A stretch of 17,549 nt of DNA from an uncultured archaeon. GTDB taxonomy: Archaea > Asgardarchaeota > Lokiarchaeia > Sigyniarchaeales > Promethearchaeaceae. Position 1 is the stretch's first letter, and the number at the start of each line of letters is the position of its first letter. Positions 8,031 to 15,951 of the stretch are shown one piece after another. The position numbers were made by a program, and so were the translations under genes. The notes beneath the pieces are model-generated. The model saw nothing but the letters and a program-made list of their open reading frames with translations, was not told the DNA's origin and did not search any database. The stretch covers positions 1-17,549 of the forward strand of contig CAYRPF010000007.1 in NCBI GenBank assembly GCA_964426185.1, in the 5' to 3' direction.

Positions 8031-8037
8031 TTTTATA
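8031..8037 (-). promoter_or_regulatory. Candidate TATA box for the GTPase-TrmB unit
   Basis: Minus-strand TATAAAA about 60 nt upstream of ATG 7972. The AT-rich background lowers specificity. Confidence 0.4.
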
Positions 8038-8128
8038 GATTCGAACAATCAGAAGTTTGTTCTCTTCCTTAATTAAGTTAGCTGTAGAAGAACAAAAACT
8101 TTATCAATTTTTGTGTAAATCGTATGAT

Positions 8129-8785
8129 ATGGTTGAAATCATATTCGACCCAAGCGCTCCTTACTCCGTTTCTATTATAAGAAATTGGAAAGATCATCGA
8201 GATTATCTGTATGCACTGGGAATTTTTCTTCTTGCCTTCACTGTTTTTGGGATTTTAGCTTGGATTAATAATTATCCTTCTAAAAAAGGCTTGCTAATAT
8301 GGATTGGAATTTTGATTATTCTATTCTTTTGGTTTTTTCTGCCTTCAAAATATTTGATTATGGATCTCGACAAAGATAGATGGAAGATTCAAATTGGTAT
8401 TTGGCGTGCAAAGATTTCCCTTGAATCAGGAAAATTGACGGATATTGAATATATTCAGATTGAGGAGGTTATTAGAGATAATAGGGATTCTTCGAAAAAA
8501 TTGACGTTAAACATTCAAGAATATACAATTAAGTTTCAGTTAATTGGATTTAAATCGATGCAGCATAAAACGGGGAAAATTTTAAAGGTGAATGAATCTG
8601 AAAAGAAAGTTGAATTCATAAGAAATACCACCTTTAATTTCCGCGCTCATCTCGTTAAGTTAAAAGATTATACAGATATTGCAAAAACATTGACAGAATT
8701 CTTTCAAGGGTTGGAAATCCCTATAGATCTTATATATGAAAGAAATGTATATCAAAATGGAGAATTAATTAGTGCAAATAACTAA
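8129..8785 (+). CDS. Membrane protein with two TM helices and a beta-rich (possibly PH-like) soluble domain
   Basis: Hydrophobic segments YLYALGIFLLAFTVFGILAWI and GLLIWIGILIILFFWFFLP, then a series of beta strands ending in helix YTDIAKTLTEFF. ATG 8129 preferred over TTG 8057. Confidence 0.7.
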   Translation: MVEIIFDPSAPYSVSIIRNWKDHRDYLYALGIFLLAFTVFGILAWINNYPSKKGLLIWIGILIILFFWFFLPSKYLIMDLDKDRWKIQIGIWRAKISLESGKLTDIEYIQIEEVIRDNRDSSKKLTLNIQEYTIKFQLIGFKSMQHKTGKILKVNESEKKVEFIRNTTFNFRAHLVKLKDYTDIAKTLTEFFQGLEIPIDLIYERNVYQNGELISANN

Positions 8786-8821
8786 AATTTCCAAGGATTA
8801 TTTACTAACTTTTTGGGATTT

Positions 8822-9613
8822 TTACCATTTCTCCAGCTGTTCCTGAATAATCAACTTCAATGGTGGGTAATTTTCTCGAATTAGAGATTGATTCAAGATT
8901 TTTTTCGCTTTCTTTCCCCCTAAATCAGAAATTGCTTCAATAACCGCTTTTCTTACTCCCAAATCACTATCATTTAAAAAGGGGAGAAGTTTAGAAAGCC
9001 ATTTGCGGTCTCTTGATTTTCCTAAAACTTGAATTGCTCTGATACGTATAAGAAAATCAGGATTATTTAATTCTTCTACAGCTAGCCGTAGATTTTGTGG
9101 ATTTATCCGATGTAAAACCTTTAAGACAATTTCTCTTTTTCGTCTACTTCTGGTTTTTAACGAATTTTCTAATATCGGTTCTGCGATGAGAGGATATAGA
9201 AGAAGTGTTTTAATGGCTTCTTTTTGGAGTGGGGGGTGTGAATGAAAAATTAATGGAAAAACCAGAGGAATTAACGATTCATCTTGAAGTTTTTGGATGA
9301 TTTTAATGCCTTTAATTTGATAAATTGGGCGTGTGGCATGAATTAAGAAACTCAGACAATTTTGCCGATACCATTCAGGATCTTCAAGGTTTACTAAGTT
9401 TTCCAAAAAAAAAGGTAGAATTTTTCCCGGTAGGAAATTTAGAATTTGCGATAAATATTCTTTGAAGTGGGAATATTTCTGATTTTTCATGTCTTCGATA
9501 AACAAGTGTTTTAAGTGAATTATTTGATTGTCTGAAATTACAGAAAGTGATGAATAATTCCATTGATCAATGTATTGAAATGCTTTTGAAGGATGTGCAG
9601 ATTTTTCGGCCAT
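8822..9613 (-). CDS. HEAT-repeat (PBS-lyase-like) protein
   Basis: Repeats LNNPDFLIRIRAIQVLG, LLPFLNDSDLGVRKAVIEAISDLG and LIFHSHPPLQKEAIKTL. Confidence 0.85.
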   Translation of the reverse strand: MAEKSAHPSKAFQYIDQWNYSSLSVISDNQIIHLKHLFIEDMKNQKYSHFKEYLSQILNFLPGKILPFFLENLVNLEDPEWYRQNCLSFLIHATRPIYQIKGIKIIQKLQDESLIPLVFPLIFHSHPPLQKEAIKTLLLYPLIAEPILENSLKTRSRRKREIVLKVLHRINPQNLRLAVEELNNPDFLIRIRAIQVLGKSRDRKWLSKLLPFLNDSDLGVRKAVIEAISDLGGKKAKKILNQSLIRENYPPLKLIIQEQLEKW

Positions 9614-9887
9614 AAAAATTTACCTTGCAGAGAATTATTCCTTATCCAAATTCGATTTTCCAAAAAATATTAAACTTGTTATTATTCCCTTGTTCTTGGG
9701 ATTAATAGACATATGTTACTGATAATATCGTAAAAATTAAAGTATAAAATTTTATGGGTATTAATTTAAAATCGTAAAAAGAAGAAAATAGAAAATTTCA
9801 CATTAATGTAATATAAGAATAAAAAAGATAAATGTAATAAAATTGATAGAGGTAATAAAATAAAAATTGAAATGAGGATCTAAACTG

Positions 9888-12800
9888 ATGGAAAAGACAG
9901 ACTGGATACTTAATTCGGTAAATTTAGAAATATTAGAGTATTTAGATAAACCAGCTGTCATTTTTACCCCATTGGGTGATATCAAGTTTGTAAATAGTGA
10001 AGCGGAGACTTTTTTTAACATTACCGCAGAAAATTTAGAGCAAAGATCATTATTTGAATTTTTAAGCAAACGCAGTATTCAAAAAATTGAAGGAATAATA
10101 GAGCAAGATCCATTTTTAGAAGCGGAAAGAATTTACCTTCAATTTCATTTTCAATCGCAAGCACAAAAATTTAAGATATATGCTCATATCAGTTTAGTCC
10201 ATCGGAATGAATCAAGTAAATTATTTTTACTGATCCTAGAAAAAAATAATAAGGAAAATGGAAATGAATCAAGTGATTCATATTCCAAATTTTCTTCACG
10301 AATGACTCGATTTCTTGAGGATAGACGTCTTTTTTATAATATAATTGAATTAAATCCTTTACCAATAGCGATATTTAATTCAAACGGTAATTTTCTTCAT
10401 GCAAATCAAGTTTTTTACCAAATATTTAAAAATGAGCCTTCTTCAGAATATTCTTTATACGAAGATCTCCAACTCCTGGAACAAGAAGGATTTTATGAGG
10501 GTATGCTGAATTTAAAATCAGGAACATCATTTTGTTTAACCAAAACTCGCTTGAATTTTGGATTTTCCACTAAGGAAACTCAAAATCAAGATGGAAATAA
10601 TCAATGGTTCAATATTACATTTTTTGGGTTATGGGATCAAGAAGAGCAAGTTTATTATCCCGTACTGATATTTGAAGATATTTCAAAACAAGTCGAATCT
10701 ACCCACCAACTAGAAAAATATCAACAACGACTTAAAGATCGCATTGAATTGGAGACGAATACCTTTCGAGAATTTCTCCGTCAAAATCCCCATGGCGTCG
10801 CAATATTTGATTCAGAAGGGAGGTTTATTGAATCCAATAAGGCATTTGACAAAATTTTAGGCTTCAAACTTACTTCTGAATTTATTTTATTTCATTCCAC
10901 CTTGATTAAAAAATACTCGCTGGAAAAAGAATATCAAAGGCTTATAACTGGAAATGTTGTTTCAATTCCTTCGTTACAAATCCCAAAACATTTATTTAAA
11001 GAATTTCCTCCTCATGATTTAGCATTACGTATAATAGGAATACCAATTTTCGATAATAACAATAATGTGCATCGGTTAATTCTCATGTTTGAAGATAAAA
11101 CGCAGCAGTCAATAACGGAGAAAAATCTGGAATTCGAACGAAAACAGATGATGTCTATTTTTGACAGTTTTCCTGAAATTACTTATGTTTTTAACCCATT
11201 GAATGATGAAATTCTCTTTACTAACCAGAAATTGAAGGAAATTTGCATTCAAGAAGCTAATGTCGAGCCGATCATCTTCGAATTAAACAATAAAATTTCT
11301 GATTTATTAGATCTTTATCATCATAATTCATATTTTTTGGATTTACCTATTAGGTTTGAGCATTATCATACAAAATTAAAGAAATTTTATCTAATTTCTT
11401 TTAGGAGCATCAAATGGGAAGAAAATATTCCTGCAATTTTAATATTTGCCATTGATATCACAGATCGGAGGAATATTGAACAAGAACTTGAATTTCGTTT
11501 GAAATTTCAAGAAAAACTAGCCGAAATTTCCTCGCAATTCATAGAAACTTATAATTATCGCTTAGTAATTGAAAAATCTCTTGAAAAGATTGCTAGATTT
11601 TTGAAATGTTCTGATATCATGTTGTTTGAGTTCAAGACCCAAATGCAAGATTCAGTGGATTTGAAACAAAAGAACTTCCAATTTACCCCACCCTACCCAT
11701 CAAATATGATTGATGTAGAATTGCTCAGTCGTTGGAGCAAAGAAGGTTTCGACATTTCTAAAACTGCCATTTCAACTTTTAAATTAAATCGTAATTCCCC
11801 GTTTTTTAAAGTTATTCAACGTGAATCATGGATTACCTTTAAATATACTAAAAATAATCCTCTTTATCCATTAATTTTTGAAAAAATTTTCCCGAAAATG
11901 AATGAAAACTTATCAGTTTTCCTCCCCATTCATCATCATGACACCATAATTGGAATTTTATATGTTCGCTATTCATCGCCTCATATTACTCACGATTATT
12001 TTACTTTGCTAAAGTTTTATTGTGATTTACTGGGAAATGCCATTGATCGATATCAATTTGAATCACAAATCTTCAAAGAACGACAAATATTCGAACAAAT
12101 TATGCTATCAAATCCGTTTGGAATTTCTGTATTTGATAAAGAAGGAAATTTCATTTCTGCTAATCCAATCATAGAATCTTTTTTTGGCAATTTACTAAAA
12201 GATCCTTCAAAAAAGCTAAATCTCTTTCGTGATAGAATTTTCGCTTATCATGGGATTTTAGAAAAAATTAAGAATGTTTTAAAGGGTGAAGTTGTCAAAA
12301 TACCTTCTTTACAGATTAACTCTGACACTTTTCCCGAATCTCATTTAAAGCATCCATATGTGTTTAAGATAACTTGCTTTCCACTAAAAAAGAGAAAGGA
12401 TTCCTCTGTACATTCAGTAAATTCATTAAATTTCACGATTAAAAACCAATTAGAATATGAAGAAGTTGAATATATAGTTATAATTATGGAAAATATTACC
12501 GATATAATTCAAATGCAGAATAATTTAATAGAGACTGAGAAGAAATATACCGAATTGTTTTCAAATTCCTCCTTAGGAATTACTATTGCAGATTTTGAGG
12601 GAAATATTTTAGAAGCGAATAATACATACTTTAAAATTGTTAATTGTCCTCGTGAGAAAATAAATGAACTCGATCCAAGAGAATTATTTGCAAATTCTGA
12701 AGATCGAGCAAAAATCTTGAAAAAATTAGAAAAGAGTAATCGTGTTGATAATATTCGCCTACAACTAAAGAAATATACAGGTGAATTATATTGGGGATTA

Positions 12801-14204
12801 GTTTCGATTTATAAATTTAAAATTCTTGAAAAATCTTATGCTTTTGTGACTCAAATTGATATCACCAAAGAAGTGCAAATGCAGCAAAATTTGGCTGAAA
12901 GTGAGCGAAAATTTCATGCTTTGGTAGAAAGTAGTAATGATATGATTTGGGAAATCGACAAACACGGTAATTTTAATTATATGAGTCCAGCATGCTTACC
13001 AATTCTTGGTTATCCTCCTGAATTTTATATTGGAAAGAATATTGATTATTTAAATCCAACAGAGGAATATAAGAATAAAATTTGGCCCCAATTTATGGAT
13101 TTTTTTAAAAAACCAGAAGAATCAAATGGCAACTTTCTTCATCCAAATTATATTTTCGAATGCTATCATAAAAATGGTAAAAAAGTTTATCTCGAAGCAA
13201 ATGGAGTGCCAATTAGAGATAAGAATGGAAAAATTATGGGAATTCGCGGGATAATAAGAGATATTACTGAAAGAAAAGTTGCTGAAGAAAAAATTAGGGC
13301 ATCAGAATCTCTTTATCGGAATATGGTTGAAACTTCGGATAATTTAATTTTTATTTTAGATAAAAAAGGAAAAATTCAATTTGCAAATCCCACCGCTTCA
13401 CAATTGTTAGGTTATTCGCTGGAGTATCTCCAAAAAATCAAATTAAGCCTTTTATTAATTGGTGAAGAAAAAGATTTTTGGCTCACATTGATAGAGAAAA
13501 CTCTTACTGGTGAAAAACAAAAAAATGTGGAATTTCATTTTGTTACAAATTCTGGAAATTTATTGCTGGTTCAAACAAATTCCACCCCATTATATAATTC
13601 TAAAGGTATGGTACAAAAAATTCTTTGCATATCTTCGGATATTACTGAAATTCGGAAAAAAGAACTAGAATTACATGATAGAGAATTGAATTTACAGTAT
13701 GCAAATGTAATTTCAATGGTTTCTTCTATGCTTATTCATAATTCTTCTCAAAAAGAAATTAATATTAGTCCAATTATTCGCACTTTAGGAAATAGTATTA
13801 AAGCGGATTATATCTTTGCATTTATGCGTGATTTTTCTTTTAAACAAATAACTATGAAAGTTCATGATATCTGGCAGAAATCTTCTGATTACATTCCCGA
13901 TTTACATTTAGTGGAAATGCCCCTATTAAATTATTTAGAAATTACTGCACATGAAAAAAGACCGATTGAAGTAATTCGAACAATCAATATTAAAGAATTT
14001 TTGCCAGACATGCAGTCCATTATAAATCATCTTGATTTTAAAAAGATGATTGAAGTTCCAATCTATCTAAACAAAGAAATCGCAGGGCATTTACTTCTAA
14101 TCTCCACTCGACCTGATTTTGAATTTTCTGACCATGCCAAGAAGTTGGTACTAAATGTGGCCATGTTAATTGGTTTTGCTTTAAAGCAGAGAATGGAAAA
14201 ATAA
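9888..14204 (+). CDS. Giant cytoplasmic multi-PAS/GAF sensor protein (about 8 PAS + 2 GAF-like), no recognisable output domain
   Basis: Repeated PAS openings (PAVIFTPLGDIKFVN, PIAIFNSNGNFLHAN, GVAIFDSEGRFIESN, GISVFDKEGNFISAN, GITIADFEGNILEAN, MIWEIDKHGNFNYMS, LIFILDKKGKIQFAN) and PAC ends (DITDRR, DITKE, RDITERK, SDITE). GAF-like FLPIHHHDTIIGILYV and EVPIYLNKEIAGHLLL. No H-box, HATPase G-boxes or GGDEF. Confidence 0.9.
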   Translation: MEKTDWILNSVNLEILEYLDKPAVIFTPLGDIKFVNSEAETFFNITAENLEQRSLFEFLSKRSIQKIEGIIEQDPFLEAERIYLQFHFQSQAQKFKIYAHISLVHRNESSKLFLLILEKNNKENGNESSDSYSKFSSRMTRFLEDRRLFYNIIELNPLPIAIFNSNGNFLHANQVFYQIFKNEPSSEYSLYEDLQLLEQEGFYEGMLNLKSGTSFCLTKTRLNFGFSTKETQNQDGNNQWFNITFFGLWDQEEQVYYPVLIFEDISKQVESTHQLEKYQQRLKDRIELETNTFREFLRQNPHGVAIFDSEGRFIESNKAFDKILGFKLTSEFILFHSTLIKKYSLEKEYQRLITGNVVSIPSLQIPKHLFKEFPPHDLALRIIGIPIFDNNNNVHRLILMFEDKTQQSITEKNLEFERKQMMSIFDSFPEITYVFNPLNDEILFTNQKLKEICIQEANVEPIIFELNNKISDLLDLYHHNSYFLDLPIRFEHYHTKLKKFYLISFRSIKWEENIPAILIFAIDITDRRNIEQELEFRLKFQEKLAEISSQFIETYNYRLVIEKSLEKIARFLKCSDIMLFEFKTQMQDSVDLKQKNFQFTPPYPSNMIDVELLSRWSKEGFDISKTAISTFKLNRNSPFFKVIQRESWITFKYTKNNPLYPLIFEKIFPKMNENLSVFLPIHHHDTIIGILYVRYSSPHITHDYFTLLKFYCDLLGNAIDRYQFESQIFKERQIFEQIMLSNPFGISVFDKEGNFISANPIIESFFGNLLKDPSKKLNLFRDRIFAYHGILEKIKNVLKGEVVKIPSLQINSDTFPESHLKHPYVFKITCFPLKKRKDSSVHSVNSLNFTIKNQLEYEEVEYIVIIMENITDIIQMQNNLIETEKKYTELFSNSSLGITIADFEGNILEANNTYFKIVNCPREKINELDPRELFANSEDRAKILKKLEKSNRVDNIRLQLKKYTGELYWGLVSIYKFKILEKSYAFVTQIDITKEVQMQQNLAESERKFHALVESSNDMIWEIDKHGNFNYMSPACLPILGYPPEFYIGKNIDYLNPTEEYKNKIWPQFMDFFKKPEESNGNFLHPNYIFECYHKNGKKVYLEANGVPIRDKNGKIMGIRGIIRDITERKVAEEKIRASESLYRNMVETSDNLIFILDKKGKIQFANPTASQLLGYSLEYLQKIKLSLLLIGEEKDFWLTLIEKTLTGEKQKNVEFHFVTNSGNLLLVQTNSTPLYNSKGMVQKILCISSDITEIRKKELELHDRELNLQYANVISMVSSMLIHNSSQKEINISPIIRTLGNSIKADYIFAFMRDFSFKQITMKVHDIWQKSSDYIPDLHLVEMPLLNYLEITAHEKRPIEVIRTINIKEFLPDMQSIINHLDFKKMIEVPIYLNKEIAGHLLLISTRPDFEFSDHAKKLVLNVAMLIGFALKQRMEK

Positions 14205-14266
14205 TTTTTTGTAATCAAAATACAATTTGAATTTTCATTCTTTTCCGCTAAATTGAAAGCTAGACA

Positions 14267-14275
14267 CTTATAAAT
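14267..14275 (+). promoter_or_regulatory. Candidate TATA box upstream of the flavoprotein/Fe-S pair
   Basis: CTTATAAA about 140 nt upstream of ATG 14410; motif match only. Confidence 0.3.
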
Positions 14276-14409
14276 TACTTCAGCAAATTTCATAGTACCT
14301 ATCCCTTTGATGTGTTTTTCTAAGGCATGTCTAATTTATGCTTGCTTAATTAGAAAATATTCATATCAGAGAAACCTTGTGAAAAAAATAACGTTTAGGT
14401 TGAAAAATT

Positions 14410-15900
14410 ATGGAATATAATAAAGTAGAAGCTAAGGACATAGAATATTTCCAGTCTGTAGTTGGAAAACAGTATGTTAGTGCAAATCCAGCGGTTACAG
14501 CGGCTTATATGTCAAAATCTGTTATGGGGTTGGAAGCATCGATTCCAGATTGTGTTGTTCGCCCACGATATACAGAAGAAGTGCGAAAAATCCTAATCTG
14601 GTGTTCAGATCGAAAAATTCCTGTATCTCCTATCTCTGCTGGACTTTCAGGCGGTTTTGCGTGTCCCGTGACTCGTCCTGGTGGAATTATATTAGATATG
14701 AGTCGAATGAATCGAATTATAGAAATCGATGAAGATAATCGTTATGTTATTATTGAACCTGGAGTTACTAACGGTCAATTATGGTCATACATGAAAAAAC
14801 ATCATCCCAAATATATACCTCCGATCGCCGATGGTGCCCCCCCCGCTGCTACCGTATTGGGAGATGGCATTGATCGTGGATTCAGCTTAGTAACTTCAAG
14901 TATGGGTCCACAGGGAGAAATCTTCATGGGGGCGGAAGTGGTTGTTCCCGCAGGTGATATTTTAAATTACGGTTCCATGGCATTAAATGGCGCTAAACCC
15001 TTTTACAGATGGGGTCTAGGACCAGAACTCTTTTCTACCCTAATGGGTTCCCAAGGCACTATGGGTGTAGTAACTAAAGGTGTTGTAAAGATCTTTCCGC
15101 ATCCGCATTATAAAACGATTAAAGCCTATGCTATGGGAAATCCCACCGATATGCAGAACTTGACTTTGGAATTAGGAAAACTCGAATTTGGTATTGCCCA
15201 CAATACTGTAATGGTTCAAGGCGGTAATTGGCCATTAGTAATGACACGTTGGCCGAAAGATAAAGTACCACATGATTATAGTTTCTATAAAAAAATTGGA
15301 GTGCCGGAATGGTGGATGAATTGGGAAGTTTGGGCTCAAACTCAAGAAGAAATGGATCATGTATTGAAAACGATTGATGAATATGCTGAAAAATTCAAGA
15401 AATCCGATAAATGTCTTGAACCAGATAAAATCAAAGAATGGAAACTTCATCCCAAGCAAATTGAGTCCCGATTGAGAAAACCGAATAAAATTGCTATTCC
15501 TTACAGTTATTGGGAAGCAGGATTTCTTTTCATCACATGGTATATTCCATGGAATGAATCTGCGAAATTTGCAGAATATTACAATTCTGTATTGAAAAAA
15601 TATGGATTTCCCGAAGTTATGTGGATTGCTTCAATAGAACGATGTCGTCAAGCCATCTGTATGCCGATTGTGTGCTTTGATTCCAGTAAACCCGAAGATT
15701 TTCAACGTGTGCAAGACATGAACCGGGAAACTACTGAATATTGTCTGCAAAAAGGTTGGATTAATTATCGCCCAGATCCATATGTGCATGCACCTTCTAC
15801 CTATTCTAAGGCAGGCATATATCTAAAATATTTACGAAAGGTCAAAGAAATGTTTGATCCCAATTATATTTTACATCCAGGGAGGTTAATGCTACCTTAA
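14410..15900 (+). CDS. FAD-binding oxidoreductase, VAO/PCMH flavoprotein superfamily (FAD_binding_4 plus cap domain)
   Basis: PDCVVRP, GGIILDMSRMNRIIEID, IEPGVT, GSQGTMGVVTK and C-terminal FDPNYILHPG. TVLGDGIDRG, RWGLGP and GWINYR resemble vanillyl-alcohol oxidase/p-cresol methylhydroxylase. Confidence 0.9.
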   Translation: MEYNKVEAKDIEYFQSVVGKQYVSANPAVTAAYMSKSVMGLEASIPDCVVRPRYTEEVRKILIWCSDRKIPVSPISAGLSGGFACPVTRPGGIILDMSRMNRIIEIDEDNRYVIIEPGVTNGQLWSYMKKHHPKYIPPIADGAPPAATVLGDGIDRGFSLVTSSMGPQGEIFMGAEVVVPAGDILNYGSMALNGAKPFYRWGLGPELFSTLMGSQGTMGVVTKGVVKIFPHPHYKTIKAYAMGNPTDMQNLTLELGKLEFGIAHNTVMVQGGNWPLVMTRWPKDKVPHDYSFYKKIGVPEWWMNWEVWAQTQEEMDHVLKTIDEYAEKFKKSDKCLEPDKIKEWKLHPKQIESRLRKPNKIAIPYSYWEAGFLFITWYIPWNESAKFAEYYNSVLKKYGFPEVMWIASIERCRQAICMPIVCFDSSKPEDFQRVQDMNRETTEYCLQKGWINYRPDPYVHAPSTYSKAGIYLKYLRKVKEMFDPNYILHPGRLMLP

Positions 15901-15951
15901 ACAAGATTTTTCTTAATCGAGTTTAAGTAAATAACATTGAAGGTGAATATT

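Noticed and set aside
8053-8101. Inverted repeat TTTGTTCT/AGAACAAA around palindrome CTTAATTAAG
   Set aside because: Short AT-rich arms, non-concentric centres and a long loop; not distinguishable from chance
9720-9875. Direct repeats ATCGTAAAAA (9727, 9771), AATGTAATA x2 and palindrome ATAAAATTTTAT in the HEAT/PAS intergenic region
   Set aside because: Extremely A/T-rich low-complexity DNA where such matches are expected by chance
9803-10069. 88-aa antisense ORF with a hydrophobic C-terminus
   Set aside because: Overlaps the PAS gene start; the hydrophobicity derives from A-rich intergenic DNA read in reverse
14205-14409. Frameshifted or read-through kinase domain after the PAS/GAF gene
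   Set aside because: TAA stop followed by a T tract, only 205 nt available, and no H-box or G-box-like coding potential
14410-15900. Calling the flavoprotein glcD/dld
   Set aside because: Lacks the EHG motif and shows VAO/PCMH-like motifs instead, so no gene symbol was assigned
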